The position numbers were made by a program, and so were the translations under genes. Positions 1-12,934 of a stretch of 64,000 bases of DNA are shown piece by piece. Every line of letters begins with the position of its first letter. The first letter of the stretch is position 1. Below the pieces are notes generated by a model. It searched no databases and was not told where the DNA came from. It was given only the letters and a program-made list of their open reading frames with translations. This DNA comes from Lama guanicoe (Eukaryota): the NCBI GenBank assembly GCA_013239625.1, contig MU053376.1:706833-770832 (forward strand), read 5' to 3'.

Positions 1-2149
1 CTGGCCAGTCCTCCTCTGGGGAGATGGGAGAGGGTTGTTCCTGGCCTCTTACCTGGACCATGTTTGGGGACTTGCACTGTGGGTCACTGGCTGACCCCTA
101 CAGGTGAGCACAGGGTCTGGCCTGGCAACCCTCTCACCTGCTGTGCTCCCAGTCAGGTGTCACATCAGGTGAGTCTCCTTCCAGGCCTCTGTGCTGTGCA
201 TACAACACACAAGGGACAGTGCCCTCACCCAATCTTCAAAGCAACCCCTGCAGCCGGAGGTCAGGATGAGCCGCATGCCCCCTGCAGACAGGGTCATGAC
301 ACTGCCAGTGCCTTCAGTGTCAGGGGTTGACAGGGCAGGCAGCTGTGTCATGGAGAAAAGAGCACCGGTCTTGTAGCCAAGACCTTGGATTTGAATCTCA
401 GCTCTGCTGCTTCCAGACAAGTCATGTCACCGTTCCGAGTCTCCTTCTCCTCCTCCGTGAGCTGGGGGAGGGGCTGGTACCAACCTCCGGGCATTGTGGA
501 GGGCAGGATGAGATGACCTCTATGAAGGCACTTTCTTGGTGCTGGACACTTGAAGCCTGAATCCTGGGCCTCTGCGTGTAATTAAGTGTAAACTGCAGTG
601 ACCATTTATATTCTACAGGATCATGGCATCTGGGCGCTGGAGTGGGCTGAGGAGGTTGTAGATTCCTTCTTTCTGCCCTGTTGAGAGGTACCGTTACAGT
701 ATCCCTGATGGCGGGCGCCCTGCTTGATCTGATCTAGAGGCCCAAGTGCATCACACGTGGGAGCCCCAGATGGCACCCAGGGTTGGAATGTTCTTCCTTT
801 CACCGATCTGAAATCCGCCTCTCTGTGTCTGTCAGCAGCCCTCCCCTGGATGCACACATACACTCTGACACACATCAGCAGGGGCATAAATATTTATGAC
901 ATGTGGCTAATGCAGGCGGCTTATAGGATTCCCAGCGCTTCAGATGGGAGCTTTTTGCACAAGAAGCCTTTTATCTGGGGAGAGGTCCTGCACAGGGAGT
1001 GGTGGATGCAGGCAGCAGAGAGGAGCCTCGGCCTCTCTGAGTGTTTGGGAAGCCCGCCCCTCACTGCAGCAGCCCCAGTGTCTGAATTTGAAGGGAAGGT
1101 CACCTGGCAGCCACCATCTTGGTCTCTGGAGATAGAGAATCAATCAGATTTTGGAGGCTTTTACTCAAGAAGCCCCTTCCTGGCTCTGCAGGGCCAGCCT
1201 CAAGGTGAATGGGTCCCTAATCAGAGGGGTCTAAACGCGCCTCACCTGACTGCCCTGAAGCTGAGCTCTCCCAGGTGGTAGAGCAGAAGGTTCTCACTCC
1301 TGCCCTCACTGGCTTCCAGGTTTCCTCCAGAGCTGAGCCCAGGGAGGAGGTCTAGAAGGCTGTGCTAACTTCCAAAAGGCCCTCAATAAAGTCACCCTTC
1401 CCCACATCCCCGGCACAGGAAATGCACACATTTCAAAGACTTCAAATGGTGCAGCAAGAGCTTGTACACATGTGGGGTCAGTTCCTCCCACGGCTGGCCA
1501 GCCGATACCCCCAGTGTGAACATACATACTCTGGAGCATCCTGGGGAGACTGGACTCTGGACTCTGAGAGGGGTGGTGAGGAGTGGTGGGCAAAGGGCTG
1601 AAAAGAGGAGTGGGACAGTGCTCAGCCTGTGCCTGGGCTTCAAGCTTGGAGCCACCCTGTCCAGGTGCCCCTCTCCCGAGAGCATCCACAGGGCAGAACC
1701 TGAACTGGGAGGTGGGGGAGGGGGAGTTTCCCTGGAAGGGAGTAGGATGACTTCTAGCTGGACTCTTGATAAAGCAAGATTTCATCAGCCCAAAGCCTAT
1801 CTTCCATACCCTTCCAACCCTACACCCTAAGCTACTGCCCCTCCCAGTCTTAGATTCTACACTCCTTTTCTACAAGTATCTCATTTCATTCCACTTCTCC
1901 CTTCAGCAAAACGAGTTTTATTTCCCCCACCTTGGACAGCTCCTCTTGCTGAAGAAGAAGAGAAAGAAGGGTGATGAAGAGTGTGAGACTGAGAGCTGGG
2001 CTGGGCGCCCCAGATCCTCATGTATCATTTAGGCTGGACCACAGGACCTTCTCCACAGGAAATTGCCCCTCATTCCACCCAATCCCAAGATCAGGGCAAT
2101 CCCTGCCCCACATTCTCATAACGCCCTGGGCACATTTCTATCACCACGC

Positions 2150-2305
2150 TAACGACATTGTATTAATTTTGCTCATGTGACTGTTTTCCTCCAAAGACTG
2201 TAAGTTCCTTGAGAGCAGAATCTGTGTGTTGTTTATTCATCTTTGATTCTGGCATGCCCACCACAGTGTCCAGCACATAGTAGGCACTTCATAAACGTTT
2301 GATGC
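2150..2305 (+). mobile_element. L2 LINE 3' end (ancient)
   Basis: Typical L2 3'-terminal text: tgtaagttccttgagagcagaatctgtgt...cagcacatagtaggcacttcataaacgtttg. Confidence 0.7.
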
Positions 2306-3223
2306 AAGCTCCCCTGAGCTTGTGAAATTCTCGAGAGAAAAAATGAGCTTGTGAAATTCATAAGAAAAGAAAATGAAGCCTCAGTACCCACGTATCAGTG
2401 GTTAAGGTCGGGGGAGGGGGGTGGGGAAGGCAGTAACAGAGAAGAGAGACCGGCTGGCATTTGTTCATGTTTCCCCGGACACTGTGTGGGTGGAGCCAAG
2501 GGCGGCCACTGCAGCAGTGGGAGGACGTGCAGGGTTCTGGGCTCTTGGGGATGAAGCCAGATGCAGGCTGCTGTCTCTGCGGGAAAGGACCACAATCCCT
2601 GCAGCACAGAAAGTGACTGCACCCCCAGCCCCCCAGGACCAAGTGCCAGTATAAGGTGGGTGAGCAGTAAAGACAGCTAAGAGCTCAAGACCTCTTTCAG
2701 GAGCATGCCGCTCTGGTCTTAGCACTGAGCAGGGCACAGAGATGAGTGAGGCCCAGGGCCCCACGTTCTAGGAGCTCCCAGCACCTCTGGGGAGGTGAGA
2801 CTCACAGTGCCCAATGAGCAGCGCAGCCAGGGTGCAATTGCAGACTGCCTCATGTGGTGTGACTGTGAGTGTCCTAGGGTGTCAGGGATGAGAGGGGTGA
2901 CTCGTTACCACAGCCAATGGCATTCCAGGTGATATAAGGAAGCACAGACACCTCTAATGGTACACGTACAGAAGGTCTGCAGATCCCACTAGCCACACGT
3001 TGAGAGAGGGGGGAAGGTCGCCTCCATAGGCTGGAGGGAGGGAGTCAAAGCCTTGAATGAGCTTTAAGAAAAGAAAGCATTTAGTTAGGGAGAGAAGAGC
3101 AGGGCGGACCCGCGGCCACTCCATCCACTCAAGTCTGGGAGGAGGATGAGGGTGTGTAGTCTGCACCGTGGAGACCCTCCCCCCAAGGATGACTTTTTTT
3201 TAAGTTTCAAATCAAATCATTTA

Positions 3224-3385
3224 GGAGAGAGGGTATAGCTCAGTGGTAGAGTGTATGCTTGGCATGCGCAAGGTCCTGGGTTCAACGCCCAGTACCTACT
3301 ATTTTTAAAAAGTTTTTTAATAGATAAATAAACTTAATTCCCCCCCAAATAAAATAAAATTAATTAAAAATAAATTTAAAATTAA
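3224..3385 (+). mobile_element. tRNA-Ala-derived camelid SINE (Vic-1 type), long-tail form
   Basis: ggagagagggtatagctcagtggtagagtgtatgcttggcatgcgcaaggtcctgggttcaacgcccagtacct with pol III A/B boxes, followed by an AT-rich tail containing aacttaattcccccc. Confidence 0.9.
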
Positions 3386-3429
3386 ATTAAAGCATTTAAA
3401 AACTGTAAATAGTTTTAAAGGGTATTCAT

Positions 3430-4520
3430 TAGAAGACTCAGCTCCCTGCTACCCTGACTAGCTTCTCAGATTCCACTGGCACCTGTCTCTTGTGTTATCA
3501 TTCCAGAGATTTCTAAGAATATAAGAGTTTATATTTTAACACAAATAGCAACACACTAACTTGTTCTTTTTTAAATTAGAAATATGTAGGTGATTATTCC
3601 ATTTCAGTCCCTATAGAGTTGCCATATTATTTTTGAAGGCTTCATAGTAATTTATTGCATGCATGTGACAAATGAACTTAACCAGAGCTCTGTTGATGTA
3701 GAGCCAGGTTGTTTCCAAGTATTTCCTGTTGTAACTGGCATATAAATAATATTCTTGAATATATGTTATTTTACACATGTGGTATATCTACAGAAGAGCT
3801 GCATCAAGAATGTACATTTTAAATTTGAGATATGACCAGTAATCCTCCACAGAGATACTGCTGTATGAAAGTACCTGTTTCCTTCCTTTCCCGCAGTGCT
3901 AAACTTCTTTGATCTTTTGCCAATCTAAGTAAAACCGATGTCTCATCATAGTGCTAATTTGCATTGTAAATAAATTGAGCATCCATACACGTTTAAAAGG
4001 CATTATTTTCCTTTCTTTTCTGTGAAATATTTAAATCCTATGTCTATTTTTTTCTATGAAATTGTTGGTCCTTTTCTTATTGATTTGCAGGAGTTCTTTA
4101 TTTATTAAAGTTACCTGTTCTTTATGATTTTGCAAATACTTTCCTAATCTGTCATTTGTAGCTTGTAGCTTTTTTATAGTGATTGTTTTATCTTGGCGTT
4201 TTTTATTTGCCAAGTAGAAAAGTGTGGTTTTTATATGTCTGAGCTTATCCGTCTTTTCTTTCATGATTTTTCTGGTTCTTGTAGAGTTTCCTTTTTATTT
4301 TTAAATATTTGATTGATGATATAGAACAAATTTTGTAGGAATGATTGCTTTTTTCATGTAACAGTGTAGCTTGGATCTCATTCTTACCAGCATATGAAAG
4401 TCATTTCATTCTTTTCATTATGTGAATAGTTATTCTATCATACAGATTTATTATAATTTATTAACCAGTTGCCCAAATTATAGCTAAATCATTTCCACAT
4501 AAGATGCCATGATAAGCAAT
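3430..4520 (-). mobile_element. Old L1 (L1M-type) fragment
   Basis: T-rich antisense L1 text (gttgtttccaag, ctaatttgcatt, ttttgcaaatactttcct); the minus-strand ORF 4031-4264 resembles a degraded L1 ORF2 C-terminus. Confidence 0.7.
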
Positions 4521-4569
4521 AATGTAATGAGTAAGCCCCTTAAAGATATCTAAAACGTAATTTAGTTTA

Positions 4570-4735
4570 ATGCTTCTGAAACTATCATGTGCTTATGAGT
4601 CATGTGGGGATATTGTTAATAAGCGACTTCTGACTCAGTAGGTCTGGGGTGGGGGCCTGCGATCCTGCATTTCTAATAGGTTCCCAAGTTATGCTATGAC
4701 ACTGATCTGTGGATTCACATTTTGAGTAGCGAGAG
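4570..4735. mobile_element. MER5-family hAT-Charlie MITE
   Basis: ttctgactcagtaggtctggggtgggggcctg...ctgcatttctaataggttccc...cacattttgagtagc, characteristic of MER5A/B. Confidence 0.75.
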
Positions 4736-5280
4736 TTTAACCAACTTCTTGTATGAGTCTTCAGTTCCTTGTAGCAGCTCATCCATGGGGGATCCACAGG
4801 GGAGTAAGTAGCATTCACAGGCCTTCTCATTCCATCTCTGAATGGATCCATTTGAGGGTCTTCTTCTTATTAACTCAAATCTGTATTTCTTGGCCCTAAT
4901 TCTATATCCTGGATCTGAACCATCACTCACACACCAGCTCTTCAAATTTCTGCTAAGCAGATTTCTTTCCTATGTCTTTTCTTCAAGCAGAACATCTCCT
5001 CTTCACCTGCTCCCTATAAGGCAGGAGTCGTTGGGAGGGCAGTGGGGGACGTGGGGGACGTGGGGAAAGAGGGCTGCCCTGCCCCGGCGTCCTCTTTTTG
5101 AACTCCAGTCTCTGTTGTAAGTTTTTCCATGTCTGCTTGTCCAGGAACAGTCATTAAGTCTTCTCAGTGCTAAAGGTCAAAGTCATGTCTTGCATCTCCC
5201 TGTTCTGAAGAAGACCCTCTCACACTGACAGCGGTGGTGGAGGGTTGGGGTTGGGGAAGAGATCGCAGAGCTGGAGATAG

Positions 5281-5752
5281 GATGTGCTGACAAAGGCTTA
5301 ACAACTGCTCTCCAGAAGAGGAAGGAGCCTCCCCGATCTGCAGCTGATTTCCATGGTGTAAATTCTCCCACCGTGGCTGATTTCAGGCTAAGCAGCGTGC
5401 TGTCACTGTGCACAGTGACACAACGTTATACAGCATTTCCACACCACAGACTGAATAACGTAAATAACCTCAGGACAGAATAGACTGTATTATGGTAATT
5501 AGAAAGTGATGAGTTTTTAGTGTTTATTACCTTTTTAAAATATACTTTACTTCATTGTAGCTTTTAACAGTGGCTGTGTGGAACAATTGGCTTGCAAAAT
5601 ATTTTGGAAGTTCAACCATTGGCTATTTTTTTTCTTTTGGTGGAGGTACAGGGGGTTGAACCCAAGACTTCGTGCATCCTAAGCGCATGCTCTACCACTG
5701 AGCTATACCCTCCCCCAAACTTGGGCTCTGGTAAGCCTGTATAGCTGCAGCG
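5281..5752 (-). mobile_element. MER63-like hAT-Blackjack DNA transposon, interrupted by a SINE
   Basis: Reverse complement follows the MER63 pattern (tgtgctg...ttaacaact..ctctcc end; ctgatttccatggtgtaaattctcccacc; taattagaaagtgatgagttt) and is homologous to the copy at 16442-17550. Confidence 0.75.
5625..5716 (-). mobile_element. Vic-1-type SINE, short-tail form
   Basis: tggaggtacagggggttgaacccaagacttcgtgcatcctaagcgcatgctctaccactgagctataccctccccc preceded by a poly-T run. Confidence 0.9.
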
Positions 5753-5930
5753 CTCTCCTGGTGGGCGCCTATCTTGAAAGTTGCAGTCTCTCCCCCGTCT
5801 TGAGCCTCCTGGGAGAGAGCAAGCCAGGCCTTCTTCTCTGGAGGCCCTTTGCTCTCTGCCGCCTCTAAGACCCCTTCACCTCTTGTTCCCAGCCTTGATG
5901 GCCGAGGCCACATTTCCAACATCAGCGTTC

Positions 5931-5949
5931 TGCTGCCCTCTAGTGGCAA
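5931..5949 (-). promoter_or_regulatory. Strong CTCF motif
   Basis: Reverse complement TTGCCACTAGAGGGCAGCA matches the CTCF core CCASYAGRKGGCRS. Confidence 0.65.
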
Positions 5950-6225
5950 CCCCTGCCCTCTGTGGCTGCCTCAGAGCTTAATCCCACAGCAGGACCCACT
6001 GGCTCCGGCTCTGGGGCAGGATCAGAGGCGGCTGGAGGCAAGTTAAACAGTCTCTCTCTCTCCCACTCCAGCCTTCTGGAACCCAAGGGGGCCCAGCCCA
6101 GCGAGTGAAGGGCCTTCTAGACCTGCTAGCACCGCCTCATCCCAGATTTATGGTTTCTCACTGCCCTCTGCCTTTTCGGAGGGGTGGTAATGAGCCGGGC
6201 AAATGACTCTTTCCCTGGCACTGTG

Positions 6226-6240
6226 GTGCCATCTAGTGTC
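6226..6240 (-). promoter_or_regulatory. Second CTCF-like motif, same orientation
   Basis: Reverse complement GACACTAGATGGCAC, one mismatch from the core consensus. Confidence 0.45.
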
Positions 6241-6574
6241 TCTTCCCTGTCAGCGACATATGCACCTGCAATGACAGCCGAGTACCGGGCACCTCTGAGA
6301 GGGAGCGGCTCTAAGGGAATTCTGACTCCAGTGCTGTCGTTTGCTGTTGTTTTTGCTTTGGGGCCCCACGGGGACCTCTCGCCGGTCATCTGCATTAGAG
6401 TTCGGGCTTCCTGTAATCTCAGAGCAGCCGAGAAGAGGCGGGAAAGAGAAAAGGCCGCGTCAGCGCTGCACCAAAGCTTTCTCCACAGGGCGGGACCTTC
6501 TGGCTGGAATAGCCCCAGTTAGAGCTGAACTCTCCAGCTGGGAGGACCCTACGAGCTACTGGGGCTTCAAACCG

Positions 6575-6803
6575 TATTGGCCAAGGCCCTCAGTAAGAAA
6601 TACGTTTTGTAACATAACAACCCAGGACACCCTGTGTAGAGAAGGCTCAGGGAGCAATATTTACTATATTTACATGTGCAATGCATTTTGATATCTCCAT
6701 AATTTTCTATCTTATCCTTTCCATTAAAAAATGTTATCACAATTTAAAGTAGAATTCACCGCTCACGAATGAGTCACCGCCTGCAGTTTGCAAAACATTG
6801 GCC
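6575..6803. mobile_element. hAT-Charlie-type DNA transposon remnant
   Basis: Ends in a Charlie-like terminus gaatgagtcaccgcctgcagtttgcaaaacattg. Confidence 0.5.
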
Positions 6804-7944
6804 TAGGCTGACCTCCCATTTCACTGAGAAGAAACAGCGGACCAGGAAAGAACACACTTGACCAATAACAAATCAGGGGCAGATCCCGATCTAGAATTCA
6901 GGTCTCTGAGCTCGTCTGCCCTCACTCCGCCGCTCCTCTGGGCTCTGTCCCAGGCTTCGCTTTGCACTGAAGTCCAGAGGCCTCACTCTCTGTGGCCCTG
7001 ATCCAATTAGGACAGACCATCAGGATCTGACTGCAGGCTCCTCTAAGGCCCGGAAGTTGGGGATTGCCAGCTGCTCTCTCTCAGGTGCTCCCATGTGAAC
7101 TTCTCCTGTTCCAGCACAAGGTGGCAGTACAGAGAAGCAAACGGCTTTGCTTCTCGAAAAGGAAAAAAAAAAAAAAAGGCGTGGTTGGCTCCTTAGCATC
7201 TTTGTCTGAGGTCAGGAGCCTGCGGGTAATATTTTACCGTTTGGAACTCACTTTCAAAGGTTCAAGGGTATGGGGTCTACTTTTATGACTGAACAATCAA
7301 CAATAAGCGTTGACGGAAATACAAATCTGTACAGTCTTCCTAGAAAGTATTTTGTCATTGTGCTTAAAAATGTTTAAATGTTCAAACCCACAGATCCAGC
7401 AATTCCACTAGCAGGAATTTAATATAGGTGCTAATTATATACACAAAGATGTTCACTGCAAAATGTTATATTTTTAATGGAAAAACCTAAATAATATCAA
7501 CATGGAATTAGTTTTAAAATTCTGGCACCACCACCACAAAAAAATGTACACTGTGCAGCCATTAGGTATAATGACATAGAATGTATCAAGCCATTTATAA
7601 AACAGCGTGTGTGCTGTGACCCCATTTGTGTAAAGTGTCAGGGATTCTTTAGGTAGTGGGGTGAAGGTGGGGTGCTTCCTTAAAGAAGGGAGGCACTTGC
7701 AGAAGTTTTCAAACCATGTAGCCTTCCTTAACCCCTCACCCCAGGAAACTGTGATTTTCTCCTCCGGGAGAGAATTGCCGGAGGTGCACACATACCTATT
7801 TGTGTGTGGGATGTGTGTGTGTGTGTAGGATGTTGGTGGACGTTCACCAGAAGGGGAGCAGGAATTGGTTCTGAGTGGTGAGATTTTCAAGTGGTTTTTC
7901 AGTAGTAATAATAATACCTTGAATAATTATGATAAAATATAGCT

Positions 7945-8985
7945 TGCTTAAGCATTCACCTGTTCAGTAACATTTGGGTTTTCAAGTTTTGGGCTGTTAC
8001 AAATAAAACTGCTATGAATGTCCACATACAGGTTGTTGTGTGAGCATATTTTCATTTCTGTGACATAAAAGCCCAAGAGTGCCACTGAGACTTGCTGTGT
8101 GGGCTGGTATATGGTCTGTCCTGGAGAATGCGCCATGTGTGCTTGAGGAGGATGTATATTCTGCTGTTGGGTAGGGTGTTTCACAGATGCTGTTAGGTCC
8201 AGTTGGTTTATGGTGTTCTTAACGTTTTCTGTTTCCTAAGCTGATCTTCTGTCTAGATGTTCTATCCATTTTTGTAAAAGGGGTATTGAAGTCTCTATTA
8301 TTGTTGAATTATTTCTTCATTTCTGTCAGTTTTTGCTTCATGCATTTTGGTCTTCTGTCATTAGGCACATATATATTTATAATTGTTTTATCTTCCTGAT
8401 GGATTGACCCTTTTGTCATTATGAAATGTCCCTCTTTATATCTGGCAACATGTTTTGTTTTAAAGTGTATTTTGTCTGGTATCAGTCAGTATAGCCATTC
8501 CAGCTTCATTGTGGTGGTGGTTTGCAGGATCGATCTGCTTCTTTCAGTCTGTTTGTATCTTTCAATATAAAGGGTATCTCCTGTAAACAGAATATGGGTA
8601 GATCTTTTTTTTTTAATCATTATGCCAATCTGCCTTTATTTGGATTGTTTGGTCTGTTCATATTAAATGTTTTATTGATGCAGCTGGATTTACAACTGTT
8701 ATTTTGCTTTTCATTTCTCTATACATCCCATTTTTTTGTTTCTCTTTTCCTCTTTTACAGCTTTCTTTGCATTAGGTGAATCTTTTTAATGTAACATTTT
8801 AATTTCTTTAATGATTTTGAAACTTCTGAAAAATTATTATTTTAATGGTTGCTCTAGGCCTTTTACCACATACATTTCAACTCACTACAACCAGGTTCAG
8901 AGTTACACTAGCTTAATTCTAGTGACGTTAGAAGTGTTACTCCTATATGGCTCAATTTCCTTCCCTTTTGTGGCACTATTGTTAT
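7945..8985 (-). mobile_element. Old L1 fragments (antisense)
   Basis: Antisense L1 ORF2 text (atggtctgtcctggagaatgcgccatgtgtgcttgag, ggattgacccttttgtcattatgaaatgtccctcttt); the minus ORF 7948-8184 (HPTQQQNI...AHMAHSPGQTIY) resembles the degraded L1 endonuclease region. Confidence 0.8.
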
Positions 8986-9009
8986 GGCAAGGAGATTTTT
9001 TAAAGTACA

Positions 9010-10546
9010 GATTTCTACATCAAACTAAAAAGTTTCTGTACAGCAAAGGAAACCATCAACAAAATGAAAAGCAACATATAGGATGGGAGAAAAATATTTG
9101 CAAATTGTATATCTGATAAGAGGCTAGTATCCAAAATATGTAAAGAACTCACATAACTCAGCAGCAACAACAACCGCAAATCCATTAAAACCCAGCAGGG
9201 GATCTGAACAGACATTTTTCCAAAGGACGTGCAGATGGCCAACACAGTCATGAAATGGTGTTCAACATCACTAACCATCAGGGAAATGTGAATTAAAACC
9301 GCAGTGAGATATCACATCACACCTGCTAGAACGGCTAGTATCAGAAAGACAACAAAGAGCAAGTGCTGGTGAGGACGTGGAGAAAAGGGAATCTCAGTTC
9401 GCTGCTGGTGGAAATGTATACAGGTGCAGCCACTATGGAAGACAGTATGGAGGTTCCTCAAAAAGTTAAAAATAGAGCTACCACATATGATCCAGCAGTT
9501 CCACTGGTGAGTACATGTCCAAAGGAAATGAAAAAACTAACTAAAAAAGATATCTGCACCCCATGTTCACAGCAGCATTATTTACAATAGCAAAGATGTG
9601 GGAACAACCTAAATGGCCATCAATCAATGATTGGGTAGAAAACGTGTGAGGTATGTACGCACAATGGAATATTATTCAGACATAAGAAAGAAGGGCATCT
9701 TGCCATTTGTGGCAACATGGATGGACCTCGAGGGCATTCTGCCAAGTTAGACAGAACAAGATACAGAAGTCAGAAAGAAAAAGAGAAATACTTTATGATT
9801 TCATGTATAAGTAGAAGTTTTAAAATAAAACAATTGAACAAACATAACAAAATAGAAAGAGAGCTATAGATACAGAGAACAAACAGGTGGCTGCCAGGGG
9901 GGAGGCGGGTGGGGTAAGGAAAGAAACAGGCGAGGGAGATTAAGAAGTATAAACTTCCAGTTGCAAAATAAGTGAGTCATGGATATGAAATGTACAGTGT
10001 GGGGAACACGGTCAGTAACTATGTAAAATCTTTGGTGACAGAACTAGACTTAACTTGGTGATCATTTTGAAATGTATAAAAATATGGACGCACTATGTTG
10101 TATAACAGGAACTAAAATAGTATTGTAGGTCAATTATACTTCAAAAACAAACCAATTCATGGAAAAAGAAATCAGATTTGGTTACCAGAAGTACAGGCAA
10201 GGTGGGAGGGGAAATTGGATGAAGTTGTCAAAACATATAAATTCTCAGTTATGATAAATACATACTAAAGATGGAATGTACAACATGATAAATATAATTA
10301 ATGCTGCTGTAAATTACATATATGAAAGTTGTCAAGAGAATAAATCTTAAGAGTTATCATAAGCAAATTTTTTTTCTATTTCTTTAATTTTGCATCTATA
10401 TGAGATGATACATGTTCACTAAGCTTATTGTGATAATCATTTCATGTGTGTGTAAGTCAAATCATTATGCTGTCCACCTTAAACTTACACAGTGCTGTAT
10501 GTCAATTAGATCTCAATAAAACTGGAAGAAAATGCAAAAAAAAAGA
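9010..10546 (+). mobile_element. 5'-truncated L1 (L1MA9-like lineage): ORF2 3' end, 3' UTR and A-tail
   Basis: catcaaactaaaaagtttctgtacagcaaaggaaacc...; remnant ORF2 peptide (YDPAVPL...KDICTP); ends tcaataaaactggaagaaaatgcaaaaaaaaa. Many frameshifts. Confidence 0.9.
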
Positions 10547-10599
10547 ATACATGGGAAAATTTAACTTACCCAAAAATTTCTATGAAGTGAATTTTTTCA

Positions 10600-10895
10600 T
10601 AACTTACATGACGACGACTAATTTATTCTGAAGTCATTGGGTGCCCAAACTTGACCTGTCATAAGGCAATTAGTTATAGCTGTATTCATCTCATTTAGTA
10701 TGAGTGTTCATGCATTTCACTGCAGAAGTACTAATGTGTTTGATTTACAAGATGCTGCCCCAGACGTCACTGGGGTCGTATAATGTACAGTATCTGCAAC
10801 AAATTGTCTTCCTAAAAGTCTGAACAATGAACTCTAAAATACATCTGGCTTATCTTCCCAAAAGCTTCTTTTACAGAAGGATGGTCACTTGTATT
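10600..10895. mobile_element. TcMar-Tigger-like DNA transposon remnant
   Basis: tgtgtttgatttacaagatgctgccccagacgtcactggggtcg...ctaaaatacatctggct resembles the 3' part of ancient Tigger elements; subfamily not assigned. Confidence 0.5.
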
Positions 10896-11109
10896 TCTTC
10901 AAGTCCTTTTGGTCCAGGAGAAATTCCAGAGGCTTGAAGTTCATGGCCATGGTGAAACCAGAACTCCCCATAAGGAGCCTCTGAGTGACCACTGAGATGC
11001 CAGCTTCAGCCTCTGTGTGGATCAGTCAGACTATGGCCCTTTGAACGTCACCTGCTGCAGAGCCCTGGACCATGCTTCACTGGGGAAATTCCAGGACATC
11101 CTGGCAGTG

Positions 11110-12140
11110 GGATGTGATGTGATCAACCTTGACAATGATAGCAAAGTGGGGGATATCATTTACTAGATACACTCACACTCATGTGGGCAGTCAGCCACAC
11201 CTACATGACTGGCTCCCAATAAGCTCAGGCGAGCTTCCCTGGCTGGCAATATGCTGTGTATGTTGCCACTGTCTACAGAAATAATCAATAAACAACCTCT
11301 AATAGGAATATAAGAGTTGTATTGGAGCCAAACTGAGGAATATTGCCTGGGAGATGCAGATTCAAGAAGCACTTGAATTGTGTTCCACCAGACTACTAAA
11401 TGGGGGAGGCTTGCAAAGGCAAAGCCCACAAAATTACACAAATTATTTGTCGGGAATTAGAATTAGAGCTGGCAAGGAATAAGGGTATTTGTTAAGTAAG
11501 GATTGGTTGGGGTCCAAAATGGCTGCATAGTTACAAAGGGGGACCTTGAGGCCACAGGTTGTAGCTGGCAGCTGCTAGCAAATACGTTTTGAGAATGGCT
11601 GGTAGTGTCCTTGAATCCGATACAACTCAGAAAATTCAGGTTCTGAGTAATGCAGGAACGTGTCTGACACCACGTTGACAATGGCCACCCAGCTCCATTT
11701 TGGATGCTTGAACCACAGTTAAACCATGTTGATGTTTAAATGCATTCTTTTCTGTGATGGTTAAAGCGGATGTACAATGCATGTGTGGTAGGCCATAAAG
11801 CAGGCTGCTTTGGTCAACCTAAAGTTCAGGTTAAATCAGGTACAAGGCTGAATGACTTCCGCATACCTCAGTATGTGAAAATTCCTTCCACCACCACGGA
11901 TTGTTGCTGGGAAAATTTAGTGCTGTCCACACGTCTCCTCTGGGAGACAGCACCTGAAAGTCTTTTCCTGTTGGTCTCCTGGGTCCTGACCTATGTGTCT
12001 GTTCCCTCTGTTGATTTTAATCTGCTTCCTTTCACTGTCATAAACTGTAACCATGAGTATAACAAATTTTCTGAGTTCTGTGAGTCTGTCTAGTGCATCA
12101 CTGATCCTTCAGGTGGTCTTGGGGATCTGTGAGACTGCAG
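11110..12140 (+). mobile_element. MER21-like LTR split by a younger ERV1 LTR
   Basis: Left half (gggcagtcagccacacctacatgactggctcccaataa...tgttgccac) joins the right half (ggattgttgctgggaaaattt...taaactgtaaccatgagtataac...ggtggtcttgggg) once 11270-11897 is removed. Confidence 0.75.
11270..11893 (-). mobile_element. ERV1 (MER4-like) solo LTR
   Basis: TG...CA termini (tgtctacag...ttccacca) flanked by a perfect 4-bp target-site duplication CCAC (11266-11269, 11894-11897); length 624 bp. Confidence 0.75.
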
Positions 12141-12934
12141 CCCCAGCTTCCTCCCTAAATCAGACTCCAAGTGGACCCTGAATGCCAAGCCCTTCTGTCC
12201 CATTCTCACTCTTCCACATGCCCCCCCACAGTGACCAGCTGAATGTCCTCTGCAGATCAGTGTGCTGCAGCTAGCTGCCAGCTATCCTCATCCCCAAGGT
12301 CGGGGCCCATGGGAGCCAGTGCAACTCCCTGAGCTCCCCTTCAGCCCAGCAACTGAACACTAAATGCTGGTGGGGATGTGGAGCAACAGAACCTCTCATT
12401 CATTGCTGATGGGAATGCAAAATGGCATAGCCCTGTGGAAGACAGTTTGGCGGTTTCATACAAGATTAAACAGTCACCTTCGCTTTCTGGCTTCTGAGCT
12501 GCTTCCCAGCCACAAGTCCAATTTTGGAACTAAAGCTTGATTTGGACATGGCAGTTTCTTAGCAATGACTTCATGAGATCCTATATAGAAAACTTGCCCC
12601 AAACCCCACGCAGTTGAGGTTCTGCGTGGTCACAGCCTCCAACGAGTCACTTCCGTTCTGCAGGCTTCAGTTCCTTAGCTTCCCTTGGGAAGACCGCTCA
12701 TAACGTGTGGTGTCTGTAAGGGCCTCACCAGCTGCAAAGTGGTCTGCGTACTTCAGGAAAGAATATTTTCAGAGAGAGCACAGAGCGTTCTGTCCTGACT
12801 AGCTATGGACAGAAGTCAAAATTCTTGTCTATGTTTCCTTTGTCTCCACTTTCCTTAGGAAAGAAATATTTTCTTTTATTACTAGCAAAGAAAAAGAAGA
12901 TTTCAAGAAGCTTTGAAAAATAGAATGTAATACC

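Noticed and set aside
885..898. 14-bp palindrome CATAAATATTTATG
   Set aside because: A single AT-rich palindrome of this length can arise by chance in 64 kb; no supporting context.
7945..10546. Opposite-orientation L1 pieces as one twin-primed (5'-inverted) insertion
   Set aside because: The two parts look different in age and I found no shared TSD; more likely independent insertions.
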